A DNA stretch of 63,464 nt, filler included, from Licmophora abbreviata (GCA_900291995.1; 14 parts of 14 records of this genome joined end to end with filler, not necessarily neighbours in it); one strand, 5' to 3'. Positions 31,323-40,794 are shown, counted from the whole stretch's first letter. The notes: generated by a model not told the origin, from the letters alone. Program-made: numbers and translations.

Positions 31323-33215
31323 ATGGCGTACAAGGCCGTATACGAAAACTGGCAGGCGGACCCCGAAGGGTTCTGGATGGAGCAGGCCAAGGCGATCGAC
31401 TGGGACAGGATGCCCTCAAAGGCGCTCTTCGACGACAACGCGCCTCTGTATGAATGGTATTCCGACGGTCTGGTGAACACCTGCTACAACGCCGTCGACC
31501 GCCATGTCGAACGGGGCCACGGCGATCAGGTGGCGATCATCCATGACAGCCCGATTACTCACACCAAGCACGAAATCACCTATGCCGAGCTGCGCGACCG
31601 CGTGGCCAGCCTTGCCGGCGCCCTGCGCGCCCAAGGCATCGAAAAGGGCGACCGGGTCATCATCTACATGCCGATGATCCCCGAGGCAGTCGAGGCGATG
31701 CTGGCCTGCGCCCGCCTCGGCGCCATTCATTCGGTCGTGTTCGGGGGCTTCGCCGCCCATGAACTGGCCGTCCGGATCGACGATTCGAAACCCAAGGCGA
31801 TCATCGCCGCCTCCTGCGGGCTCGAGCCGGGCCGCGTCGTGCATTACAAACCCCTCGTCGACGGCGCCATCGAACAGGCCAGCCACAAACCCGAATTCTG
31901 CGTGATCTTCCAGCGCGAACAGGAAGTGGCCAGCCTCACTCCGGGCCGCGACCACGACTGGCACGGCTTCCAATACGGGGTCGATCCCGCCGACTGTGTC
32001 CCGGTCGAAGGAAACCATCCGGCCTATATCCTCTATACCTCGGGAACCACCGGCGCCCCCAAGGGCGTCGTGCGTGCCACGGGCGGGCATCTCGTGGCGC
32101 TGAACTGGTCGATGAAGAACATCTACAACGTCGATCCCGGCGATGTGTTCTGGGCCGCCTCGGACGTGGGCTGGGTCGTGGGCCATTCCTATATCTGCTA
32201 CGGCCCGCTGATCCACGGTAACACCACCATCGTCTTCGAAGGCAAGCCCGTGGGCACCCCCGATGCCGGCACCTTCTGGCGGGTCATCAGCGAACACAAC
32301 GTGCGCAGCTTCTTTACCGCCCCCACGGCTTTTCGGGCGATCAAGCGCGAAGATCCCAAGGCCGAGCTGATCAAGAATTACGACATGTCCTGCCTGCGCG
32401 CACTCTATCTGGCCGGAGAACGCGCCGATCCCGACACGATCGAATGGGCGCAAAACGTGATGGGCGTGCCGGTCTATGACCATTGGTGGCAGACCGAAAC
32501 CGGCTGGCCCATCGTCGGCAATCCCGCCGGGATCGAAGCCCTGCCCGTCAAGATCGGATCGCCCACCGTGGCGATGCCCGGCTACGACGTGCAGATCCTC
32601 GACGAGGGCGGGCACGAAATGCCCGCGGGCGAACTGGGCGCCATCGCGATCAAGCTGCCCCTGCCCCCCGGAACCCTGCCGACGCTGTGGCACGCCGAGG
32701 ACCGGTTCCACAAATCCTATCTCAACACCTTCCCCGGCTATTACGAGACGGGCGATGCCGGGATGAAGGACAAGGACGGCTATCTGTGGATCATGGCGCG
32801 CACCGATGACGTCATCAACGTGGCGGGCCACCGCCTGTCCACCGGCGCCATGGAAGAGGTGCTTGCCGCCCATCCCGATGTGGCTGAATGCGCCGTGATC
32901 GGTGTCTCGGACGAGCTCAAGGGCCAATTGCCCGTGGGCTTTGTCTGCCTCACCAAAGGCGTCGACCGCCCGCATGACGAGATTGCTCGCGAATGCGTCA
33001 AGATGGTCCGCGATCAGATCGGCCCGGTCGCCGCCTTCAAGCTCGCCGTGGTCGTCGACCGCCTGCCCAAGACGCGCTCGGGCAAGATCCTGCGCGCCAT
33101 TATGGTCAAGATCGCCGACGGGACCGAGTACAAGATGCCCGCCACGATTGACGATCCCGCGATCCTTGATGAGATTCGCGCGGCACTTCAGGGCATCGGC
33201 TACGCCAAGGGCTGA
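31323..33215 (+). CDS. prpE: Propionate-CoA ligase
   Basis: YILYTSGTTGAPKG, DHWWQTETG, RTDDVINVAGHRLSTG and LPKTRSGKILR motifs; GGAGG RBS. Confidence 0.92.
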   Translation: MAYKAVYENWQADPEGFWMEQAKAIDWDRMPSKALFDDNAPLYEWYSDGLVNTCYNAVDRHVERGHGDQVAIIHDSPITHTKHEITYAELRDRVASLAGALRAQGIEKGDRVIIYMPMIPEAVEAMLACARLGAIHSVVFGGFAAHELAVRIDDSKPKAIIAASCGLEPGRVVHYKPLVDGAIEQASHKPEFCVIFQREQEVASLTPGRDHDWHGFQYGVDPADCVPVEGNHPAYILYTSGTTGAPKGVVRATGGHLVALNWSMKNIYNVDPGDVFWAASDVGWVVGHSYICYGPLIHGNTTIVFEGKPVGTPDAGTFWRVISEHNVRSFFTAPTAFRAIKREDPKAELIKNYDMSCLRALYLAGERADPDTIEWAQNVMGVPVYDHWWQTETGWPIVGNPAGIEALPVKIGSPTVAMPGYDVQILDEGGHEMPAGELGAIAIKLPLPPGTLPTLWHAEDRFHKSYLNTFPGYYETGDAGMKDKDGYLWIMARTDDVINVAGHRLSTGAMEEVLAAHPDVAECAVIGVSDELKGQLPVGFVCLTKGVDRPHDEIARECVKMVRDQIGPVAAFKLAVVVDRLPKTRSGKILRAIMVKIADGTEYKMPATIDDPAILDEIRAALQGIGYAKG

Positions 33216-33338
33216 TCCGCGCCCTGCTTCGGCAAATCTTGCGCCGCCATGGCTCGGGCCTTGGCGGCGCCTGTCGTTTGGCAGGATGCAAAACCCCGTG
33301 CGCGACCCTATATCCACTCTGAATGACGGAGTGCTGCC

Positions 33339-33884
33339 ATGCCTTTTCGCCCGCTTATCGCCCTTTTCACCGGCCTTTTTCTGGGCCTGCCCGCCAATGC
33401 TGACCCGGTGAGCGACTACACCCCGCCCCCGGTGACCGAATGGCGCTATATCTCGGATCAGGTGATGGGCGGCGTGAGCCAAGGGGGTGCGCGCGCCGAA
33501 AGCGTGAAGAGCGAGACATACCTCCGCCTCACCGGCGATGTGAGCACAAAAAACAACGGTGGCTTCATTCAGGCCCGCGCCGAGCTGGAACAAGGTTTCC
33601 CCGCCGAAGCCCAAGGCGTCGTGCTGCAGGTGCGCGGCAATGGCGAGCGGTATTACGTCTTTTTGCGCACGCGGGGCACAATCCTGCCTTGGCAGTTCTA
33701 CAACGCGCCCTTCCAGACAAGTGAGGACTGGCAGACGGTCCGCCTGCCCTTCACGGCCTTCCAGCCTTCGGGCCGAATGCTGCGCGCAACGCCGCTGCCC
33801 GAAACCGTGACAAGCCTTGGCGTGGTCGCTTATGGCCGCGACCACCGGGCCGATATAACGGCCCGGTGGATCGGTCTTTACTGA
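33339..33884 (+). CDS. CIA30/NDUFAF1 family protein with a signal peptide
   Basis: WRYISDQVMGGVS, GDVSTKNNGGF and VRGNGERY motifs. Confidence 0.88.
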   Translation: MPFRPLIALFTGLFLGLPANADPVSDYTPPPVTEWRYISDQVMGGVSQGGARAESVKSETYLRLTGDVSTKNNGGFIQARAELEQGFPAEAQGVVLQVRGNGERYYVFLRTRGTILPWQFYNAPFQTSEDWQTVRLPFTAFQPSGRMLRATPLPETVTSLGVVAYGRDHRADITARWIGLY

Positions 33885-33895
33885 TCTGACAGGGG

Positions 33896-34603
33896 TCAGG
33901 CGGCCTTGAGCCCGGCCTCTTCCAGCGCCTCCAGCATCCGGTGCGCCACCATCTCGGACGAGGCCGGATTCTGCCCCGTCACAAGGCGTCCGTCACGCAC
34001 AGCAAAGCCGCAGAAATCCTCGACACTATGCTGGAAGTTGGCCCCTTGCTCCTTCAGCGCGTCTTCCAGCAGGAAAGGCACAACGGTATCCAGCCCGGCA
34101 GCCTTTTCCTCGGAATTGGTAAAACCGTTGACGCGCTTGCCTTGCACCAGCGGCGCACCGCCCCTTTCGGTCGCCCCCAAAAGGCCCGCAGGGCCGTGGC
34201 AGACCGCGCCGACCACACCGCCGCGCTCATAGATCCGCGACACGGCCTGCCCCACCGCCTCGGTCTGGCGCAGGTCCCACATCGTGCCATGACCACCGGG
34301 CAGGAACACCGCGTCATATTGCGAAGGGTCGATATCGGCCAGCTTGGCGGTGGTCTCCAGCGCCGTCATCGCATCCGCGTCATCCATGAAGCGCTGTACC
34401 GCCTCGGTCCGCTGGCCATTGCCATCGTCCGAGCCAGGATCAGCCGGCGGATGCCCGCCCTGCACGCTGGCCAAATCGACCTGCAGCCCCGCATCGCGGA
34501 ACGACCAATAGGGCTTGGCCATTTCCTCCCAGAAGAACCCGGTCTTGTCGCCGGTATCGCCCAGCTTGTCCCAGGATGTCAGAATCATCAGAACGCGTGT
34601 CAT
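33896..34603 (-). CDS. DJ-1/PfpI type-1 glutamine-amidotransferase-like protein (Hsp31/glyoxalase III-like)
   Basis: TGF..EE, FLPGGHGTMWDL, GAVCHGPA and VTGQNPAS motifs; AAGGAGG RBS. Confidence 0.9.
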   Translation of the reverse strand: MTRVLMILTSWDKLGDTGDKTGFFWEEMAKPYWSFRDAGLQVDLASVQGGHPPADPGSDDGNGQRTEAVQRFMDDADAMTALETTAKLADIDPSQYDAVFLPGGHGTMWDLRQTEAVGQAVSRIYERGGVVGAVCHGPAGLLGATERGGAPLVQGKRVNGFTNSEEKAAGLDTVVPFLLEDALKEQGANFQHSVEDFCGFAVRDGRLVTGQNPASSEMVAHRMLEALEEAGLKAA

Positions 34604-34659
34604 GTGCGTTGCCTCCTTTGAAGTTGCTTACAGTTGGTTTTCAGGGATGTGCCGCGCGA

Positions 34660-35337
34660 TCAGCCATGGGCGTGATCGGTGTTACGCGGGTCCATCATGC
34701 CTTGCTTGATGCCCATTCGGATCAGGATCAGGTTGACCGGATAGGCCGCGATCAACCCGCAGGTCAGCGACACGATCATTGATGACCAGAACAGGGGCTC
34801 TCCCATCCCGGCATTGCCGGCCAGCGTCAGATCCACCCCGATCGCCACGATCTCCATGACGGTGATACTCGGCGTCTCGGACCACAGCGCGTCGCGCACC
34901 GCGGCACCAAGCGGCGTGCCCTCCTGCATCAGCGGGCCAACCGTCAGCGCAAAGCCCGCCGCATAGGCAAAGGCAAAGGTGACGCCCGCCACCCAGACCG
35001 TGCTCAGCGACAGGATGCCCACCGTCAGCACAAGGCCCGCGATCTCACCCATGCCGCAGCCCGAATAGCAATGCGCCACTGACCGGGCAGCACGCCGCCA
35101 TGGACCATCGGCAGGAATCTCCTTGCGACCCGACCATCCATACACCGCCAGTCCGACCGGACCGGAATAGATCACCGTCAAAGCCCAGACCCATTTCATC
35201 AGCGGCATGAGATGCGCATTGCGCACCCGCATATCCCACAACAGGATCGCAAGGCTTGGCAGCATCGCCAAGGCCCAGACTGTCAGAAACAGCGGGTGGG
35301 CAAGGATCGCCGTGAGGGTGGTGGCTGCCTGTTCCAT
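34660..35337 (-). CDS. DUF4396-type membrane protein
   Basis: MKWVW.L..IYSGP.G, HCYSGCGMGEI, SITVMEI and AYPVN..LI..GIK motifs. Confidence 0.8.
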   Translation of the reverse strand: MEQAATTLTAILAHPLFLTVWALAMLPSLAILLWDMRVRNAHLMPLMKWVWALTVIYSGPVGLAVYGWSGRKEIPADGPWRRAARSVAHCYSGCGMGEIAGLVLTVGILSLSTVWVAGVTFAFAYAAGFALTVGPLMQEGTPLGAAVRDALWSETPSITVMEIVAIGVDLTLAGNAGMGEPLFWSSMIVSLTCGLIAAYPVNLILIRMGIKQGMMDPRNTDHAHG

Positions 35338-35356
35338 ACCCCTCACGTATGAGGCA

Positions 35357-35426
35357 CCCCGACAGGATGAAACCGTCGATCACACCGACGTGATACCGAC
35401 GTTTTACCGACGTGATACCGATGCAG
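35357..35426. repeat. 11-bp tandem array (TACCGACGTGA family), second copy
   Basis: CACCGACGTGA TACCGACGTTT TACCGACGTGA TACCGATGCAG at 35383-35426, plus degenerate CCCCGACAGGA and ACCGTCG units upstream. Confidence 0.85.
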
Positions 35427-35437
35427 TTTTTTGGGGG

Positions 35438-36199
35438 TCAGACGAACTGTTCGCGCAACAACCGCTCTTCCAGCCCGTGCCCCGGATCGAACAGGATTCG
35501 GTGCGAAATACTTGGTTCTGAATGGATTTCCACCCACAACACGTTCTCGACCCAGATACTATCCGCATCCGCCATCACCGGCCGTTTCTCCGGCTCGATC
35601 ACATCAAACCTCACATGCGCCGTCTTCGGCAACAAAGCCCCCCGCCACCGCCGTGGACGGAACGCGGCGACCGCCGTGAGCGCCAGAACATCCGACCCGA
35701 TCGGCAGGATCGGGCCATGCGCACTGTAGTTGTAGGCGGTCGATCCGGCAGGGGTCGCCACGAGCGCGCCATCACACACCAGTTCGGCCAGCCGCAAATT
35801 CCCATCGATGGTGATCTTCAGCTTGGCGGCCTGCGGCCCTGCGCGCAGCAGCGACACCTCGTTGATTGCAAGGGCGTCATGCACTTGGCCATCGGACCCT
35901 TGGGCCTTCATGCGCAGGGGATTGATGACCTCCTCCTGGGCGGCGTCCAGCCTATCGATCAAATCGGTTTCGGAATATTCATTCATCAAGAAGCCGACGG
36001 TGCCGCGATTCATGCCATAGACGGGCGCCCGAAGCCCTTGGGTGCGGTGCAAGGTATGCAGCATGAACCCGTCGCCACCAAGGGCCACGATCACATCCGC
36101 GTCTTCTTCGGGCGTAGTGCCATAGCGCGAGATCAAGGCTGCCCGGGCAGTCTGTGCGGTGGGCGCGTCGCTTGCAGCGAAGGCGATCTTTTTGGCCAT
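35438..36199 (-). CDS. nadK: NAD kinase
   Basis: ALGGDGFML, GMNRGTVGFL, AINE and DGALVATPAGSTAYNYSAHGP motifs. Confidence 0.95.
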   Translation of the reverse strand: MAKKIAFAASDAPTAQTARAALISRYGTTPEEDADVIVALGGDGFMLHTLHRTQGLRAPVYGMNRGTVGFLMNEYSETDLIDRLDAAQEEVINPLRMKAQGSDGQVHDALAINEVSLLRAGPQAAKLKITIDGNLRLAELVCDGALVATPAGSTAYNYSAHGPILPIGSDVLALTAVAAFRPRRWRGALLPKTAHVRFDVIEPEKRPVMADADSIWVENVLWVEIHSEPSISHRILFDPGHGLEERLLREQFV

Positions 36200-36372
36200 G
36201 TTCGGCGCTGTTCCGTTTCCCAAGAGCGTCTTGTGGGTCGGATGGAACCACAATTCCACCTGTTGCGCCAGTAATGCCGGTCCGGCAACCCCTTTTGTCG
36301 CTTTACAAGCTTTCAATAATACTAGGTTTCCGATAGGAAAATCGCCAAAGTCATACGCACGGAGTGGCCACT

Positions 36373-37762
36373 ATGCCTCATGATGGAAACCAGCCCTTTG
36401 TCAGCCAAGGGTTTTTCACCGAATCCCTGACATCCCGCGATCCCGAGATCGCCAAGGCCATTGGTCTTGAACTGGGCCGACAGCGCGAAGAGATCGAGTT
36501 GATCGCCAGCGAAAACATTGTCTCCGCCGCCGTGATNNNNNNNNNNNNNNNNNNNNNNNNNNNNNNNNNNNNNNNNNNNNTTAATTAATTAANNNNNNNN
36601 NNNNNNNNNNNNNNNNNNNNNNNNNNNNNNNNNNNNGATGACCAACAAATATGCCGAAGGCTATCCCGGGCGCCGGTATTATGGCGGCTGCCAGTTTGTT
36701 GATATTGCAGAAAATCTGGCGATCGAACGGGCCTGCCAGCTGTTCGGCTGCGGCTTTGCCAACGTGCAGCCCAATTCGGGCAGTCAGGCCAATCAGGGCG
36801 TGTTCACGGCCCTCCTGCAGCCCGGCGACACGATCCTTGGCATGAGCCTCGATGCCGGCGGTCACCTGACCCACGGCGCGGCCCCCAACCAGTCGGGCAA
36901 GTGGTTCAACGCCGTTCAATACGGTGTGCGGCGCGATACGCTGGACGTGGATTACGACGAGATCGCCCGCCTTGCGGCCGAGCATAAGCCCAAGATGATC
37001 ATCGCAGGCGGTTCGGCCATTCCGCGCAAGCTCGACTTTGCGAAATTCCGCGAGATCGCCGACAGCGTAGGCGCCTATGTGCTTGCCGACGTTGCACATT
37101 TTGCTGGTCTGATCGCGGCGGGGGAATATCCTAACCCGTTCCCGCATGTGCATGTGGCGACCACGACGACACACAAGACCCTGCGTGGTCCGCGTGGCGG
37201 CATGATCCTGACGGATGACGAGGCACTGGCGAAGAAGTTCAACTCGGCCATCTTCCCCGGCATTCAGGGTGGGCCGCTGATGCATGTGATCGCCGCCAAG
37301 GCCGTCGCCTTCGGCGAGGCGCTGCGCCCCGAATTCAAGACCTATATCCAGCAGGTCATCGCGAATGCGCAGGCGCTGAGCGACCAGCTGATCAAAGGGG
37401 GTCTGGACACCGTCACGCATGGCACGGACACCCATGTTTTGCTGGTTGATCTGCGGCCCAAGGGCGTCAAGGGCAACGCCACCGAAAAGGCGCTTGGCCG
37501 GGCGCATATCACCTGCAACAAGAACGGCGTGCCGTTCGACCCCGAAAAGCCCACCGTGACCAGCGGTATCCGTCTTGGATCGCCCGCCGGAACGACCCGT
37601 GGCTTTGGCCAGGAAGAGTTCCGCCAGATCGCGGATTGGATCGTCGAGGTGGTCGACGGGCTGGCCGCGAATGGTGAGGATGGCAATCACGCGGTCGAAG
37701 CCAAGGTGAAAGCCGAGGTCGAAGCGATGTGCGCGCGGTTCCCGCTTTATCCAAACATCTGA
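36373..37762 (+). CDS. glyA: Serine hydroxymethyltransferase (interrupted by the linker at 36537-36636)
   Basis: [35 protein letters not shown] and [14 protein letters not shown] motifs. Confidence 0.98.
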
Positions 37763-37784
37763 GACACTTGACGGATCGACCATG

Positions 37785-37814
37785 ACCCCGCGCAGCCAGT
37801 CTGCGCGGGGTTTT
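37785..37814 (+). terminator. Intrinsic terminator after glyA
   Basis: ACCCCGCGCAG-CCAGT-CTGCGCGGGGT stem followed by T residues. Confidence 0.8.
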
Positions 37815-37873
37815 GCATGCGAGGACCGCCGCGTTCAGACCTTGTTAAACAATCGCTGTCAGGGTGCCCTCAG

Positions 37874-38248
37874 TCAAATCACGCCACGCCAACGCAGGAC
37901 CAGCACCACGAGTGTGAGCAAGATCAACAGGTTGAAGACGATCACACCGGCAAGACCGAGAAGCGTTCTCATGCGGCGCTGCACAGGATCGATCCCGGAC
38001 AGATGGGCGCGAAGTATGCCGATGGCATGATCAACAGCGGACCGGTTCACCTGTGCGGCAAGGCGCGGATGCTGCATCATCTGTTGGGCTTGCGTGATGA
38101 CCTGTCCGGCCCGGCGGGCAAAACGGGGCAAACGGCGACCCGCACGGCGCAACTGTTTGGCGAATGTGGCGCCACGGATGCCAAGCCTGTCGCGCAATAG
38201 CGTTTCAAGCTGCGCTACATCCCGGTTTATCTCTTCTGGATCAATCAC
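37874..38248 (-). CDS. Hypothetical protein with a C-terminal TM helix
   Basis: GTG start after GGGAG; RLGIRG...RRAGRRLPR...HPRL; C-terminal VIVFNLLILLTLVVLVLRWRG. Confidence 0.7.
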   Translation of the reverse strand: MIDPEEINRDVAQLETLLRDRLGIRGATFAKQLRRAGRRLPRFARRAGQVITQAQQMMQHPRLAAQVNRSAVDHAIGILRAHLSGIDPVQRRMRTLLGLAGVIVFNLLILLTLVVLVLRWRGVI

Positions 38249-38338
38249 TTCGCGACTCCCATTAGGCAATCTACAGCGACCGGCGGAGACCCTCAATAGG
38301 GGTGGCTCTTGCTGGGGCACCCTTGTAATACTCGGCTC

Positions 38339-39094
38339 ATGTTGAACCGGATCGAACATGGAACGCGGACCGATCAGCCGGGTTTGCTGATTGCGCACGG
38401 GCTTTATGGCTCGGCGCGGAATTGGGGGGTGATCGCGAAGCGGCTGTCGGACACCCGGAAAGTGGTGGCCGTGGACATGCGGAACCATGGTCTAAGCCCT
38501 TGGTTTGAAACACAATCCTACCCGGATATGGCAGGTGATCTGGCCGAGGTGCTGGCGGCTCTGGACGGGCCGTATGATGTGCTGGGGCATTCGATGGGGG
38601 GCAAGGCGGCGATGGTGCTGGCGCTCACCCGGCCCGAGCTGGTGAACCGCTTGATCGTGGCAGATATTGCGCCTGTCGCCTATTCACACACCCAGATACA
38701 GTATATCGAGGCGATGAAATCGGTCGATCTGAGCCGTGTCGAGAAACGGTCGGACGTGGCGGAGCAATTGCAGCCGGTGGTGGATGATCCCACGCTGATC
38801 TCGTTTTTCACCCAATCCCTTGATATCAAATCAAAAAAATGGCGCCTGAACCTTGATGTTCTGGCAGGGGAAATGCCCAAGATCCTGTCTTTTCCGGATA
38901 TTTCGGGGCGATATGACGGGCCGGCGCTGTTTCTGTCGGGCGCGGACTCGGACTATGTGAAGCGCGAATATCGAAGCATTATCAAAGACTTGTTCCCCAA
39001 GGCGCAATTCGCCAAGATCCCCGGCGCGGGCCATTGGCTGCACGCCGAAAAACCCCGCGAATTCGAGGCCGCGATCCGGGTGTGGCTGGGCTGA
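38339..39094 (+). CDS. Alpha/beta hydrolase (YbfF-like esterase)
   Basis: HGLYGSARNW, VDMRNHG.S, GHSMGGK, DIAPV and AGHWLHAEKP motifs. Confidence 0.92.
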   Translation: MLNRIEHGTRTDQPGLLIAHGLYGSARNWGVIAKRLSDTRKVVAVDMRNHGLSPWFETQSYPDMAGDLAEVLAALDGPYDVLGHSMGGKAAMVLALTRPELVNRLIVADIAPVAYSHTQIQYIEAMKSVDLSRVEKRSDVAEQLQPVVDDPTLISFFTQSLDIKSKKWRLNLDVLAGEMPKILSFPDISGRYDGPALFLSGADSDYVKREYRSIIKDLFPKAQFAKIPGAGHWLHAEKPREFEAAIRVWLG

Positions 39095-39100
39095 GGATGT

Positions 39101-39122
39101 GTAGGGTTCGTACGAAACCTAC
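39101..39122. repeat. GTAG-type REP-like hairpin between convergent genes
   Basis: GTAGGGTTCG-TA-CGAAACCTAC near-palindrome; loosely similar hairpins at about 10259-10276 and 17258-17278. Confidence 0.45.
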
Positions 39123-39188
39123 ACGCGTTCAGGACGAAACACGCCCCAACTTTCAGGATTTGTGTCCCATCCGTACACATTGCCCCGG

Positions 39189-39374
39189 TCACTGACCCGA
39201 ATTCAGCCCACGCGCCACGAGCCATGCTACCGGAAAGGCCAGCACGAACCCGGCCAGCGCCGCGCCGCCCAAGCCCCAGACATCGTCCAGCCCCATGACG
39301 AGGGCGGCCACGAGCCCCACCCCCGCGAGGGTGGCGCCGATGAAGAGATGCAAGACAAATATGAGCCAGACCAT
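39189..39374 (-). CDS. Small two-TM membrane protein (61 aa), probably leaderless
   Basis: Highly hydrophobic ORF (GATLAG...LVMG...GFVLAFP.AWLVAR); no RBS, with a -10 element immediately upstream. Confidence 0.75.
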   Translation of the reverse strand: MVWLIFVLHLFIGATLAGVGLVAALVMGLDDVWGLGGAALAGFVLAFPVAWLVARGLNSGQ

Positions 39375-39380
39375 GGCACG

Positions 39381-39422
39381 AGACTAGAGCGGTCCGGTCG
39401 GCGCCTCATTGATCTGCATCAG
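39381..39422 (-). promoter_or_regulatory. FNR-family class II promoter for the 61-aa membrane gene
   Basis: TTGAT-CTGC-ATCAG at 39409-39422, centred 41.5 nt from the ATG; -10 TAGTCT at positions -12 to -7 of the ATG. Confidence 0.7.
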
Positions 39423-39537
39423 ATGCCGGTGGGTAACCTGCGACACTTTTCCCCGCCTCGGTAAAGCGGGTGCGGGCCGCGCCGTTGGTCTGGTCGGGAG
39501 CGCGCGAAACGACCCCAAAAAAAGGCCATGACATACC

Positions 39538-39744
39538 ATGCCACTACCATCACCGAACGCGCTGAAGGCGCTTATCCAATCGGACCGCAACCTTGACGGC
39601 GCCAAACTGGCCACCCGGATTCTTCTGGGCCGTGTGCGGATTGAGGTCCGAAACGATCCTGCGCTGCTTGATGCCAAGGTCGCCGAGTTCTTGGCCTTCG
39701 CCCGGGCCAATGCCTTTGCCGCCGATGACCTTGCCACTATCTGA
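39538..39744 (+). CDS. Small helical hypothetical protein (68 aa)
   Basis: Amphipathic-looking ORF ending 16 nt before the next gene on the same strand. Confidence 0.7.
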   Translation: MPLPSPNALKALIQSDRNLDGAKLATRILLGRVRIEVRNDPALLDAKVAEFLAFARANAFAADDLATI

Positions 39745-39760
39745 AGAGACGGACTTACCC

Positions 39761-40747
39761 ATGAAAAACGAACTTCTCACTGTCGAAGACGCCGCGGCCC
39801 GGATCGTGTCGGGCGCTGTCATGACCATTGCAGGCGATGAGGCGCTTCTGGCGCAATTGCCCAAGGGCCAGTGGATCGGCGGCACCTCGGTCTATTTCGT
39901 CACCGAGACAGGCGGCGCGGTGATCCGTGACCGGCTGTATTGCACCACCCTGCCCGAGGCGACGAAGGCCGATATCCGCGTGCTGGAGGCCAGCGACCTG
40001 CCCCGGATCGCCGAAGGCTATGCGCCGGGCGGGATGTCGTTCATCCTCATCCCCGCCTTCAGCGCGGCGCATTCGGTCTTTGCCGTGGATGGCCCCAGCT
40101 ATACCGGGTTTTTCAATCAACCGCTGGTCGGCTGGATTTCGGGCGTGCATCTGGACGATATCGGGCGCGTCGCGCCCAAGGTCTTTGACGGGACCACCGG
40201 GGCTGCACATGACAACGCGGCCGTGCTGATGCATCTGACGCTGGAGGCGGGGCTGATCCCGCAGGTGGATATCGTCAATATCTTCGAGCAGAACGACGCG
40301 GAAGCCCCCTGTTTCCGGTTCACGCAAAGCGGCTTCGAGGCGCATACCGCGCTGATCGACGGGGTGGAAACGCCGCTGGCCGCCTATCTGCAGGAGAATG
40401 GCATCGATACGCGCCTGCCTCTGATCGCGAATTATGGCGGCGCGCTGATCAATGTCTCGGTTCAGAGCGTCGATCCGCAGAGCGGCAAGGTGGCCTTTTA
40501 CGCGCCGGTCATGCAGAACGTCGATTACCGCTTTGCCAAGCCTCTGGCGGATTATGCCCAGGCTTTTGCAAAGCAGTTGGGAGCGGGCGGCGATACGCAG
40601 TATTCGTGCAATTGCATCCTCAACTATGTTTATGGCGATCTCGAAGGCAAATCCACGGGCGGCTTCACCGGCCCGGTCACCTTTGGCGAGATTGCTTACA
40701 TGCTTCTGAACCAGACGCTTGTCCGGCTGGAGTTGCAGGCAGGCTGA
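39761..40747 (+). CDS. DUF6976-type protein, FIST-like
   Basis: IAGDEALL..LPKG.WIGGT..YF N-terminus; C-terminal SCNCILNY...GPVTFGEIAY.LLNQT resembles the FIST-C pattern SC...G..xGE...NQT. Confidence 0.72.
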   Translation: MKNELLTVEDAAARIVSGAVMTIAGDEALLAQLPKGQWIGGTSVYFVTETGGAVIRDRLYCTTLPEATKADIRVLEASDLPRIAEGYAPGGMSFILIPAFSAAHSVFAVDGPSYTGFFNQPLVGWISGVHLDDIGRVAPKVFDGTTGAAHDNAAVLMHLTLEAGLIPQVDIVNIFEQNDAEAPCFRFTQSGFEAHTALIDGVETPLAAYLQENGIDTRLPLIANYGGALINVSVQSVDPQSGKVAFYAPVMQNVDYRFAKPLADYAQAFAKQLGAGGDTQYSCNCILNYVYGDLEGKSTGGFTGPVTFGEIAYMLLNQTLVRLELQAG

Positions 40748-40761
40748 TCCGCGTCATGCGA

Positions 40762-40784
40762 GGCCGGGGGCCATGCCCCCGGCC
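40762..40784. terminator. GC hairpin between convergent genes
   Basis: GGCCGGGGG-CCATG-CCCCCGGCC; no T tract. Confidence 0.45.
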
Positions 40785-40794
40785 CCCGGCCAGA

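Noticed and set aside
23959..35426. 11-bp arrays as mini-CRISPRs or iterons
   Set aside because: No unique spacers, units too short, and no cas or rep gene nearby.
39593..39760. N-terminal extension of the DUF6976-type ORF
   Set aside because: Overlaps the more plausible 68-aa ORF; the family-like sequence starts at MKNELL (39761).
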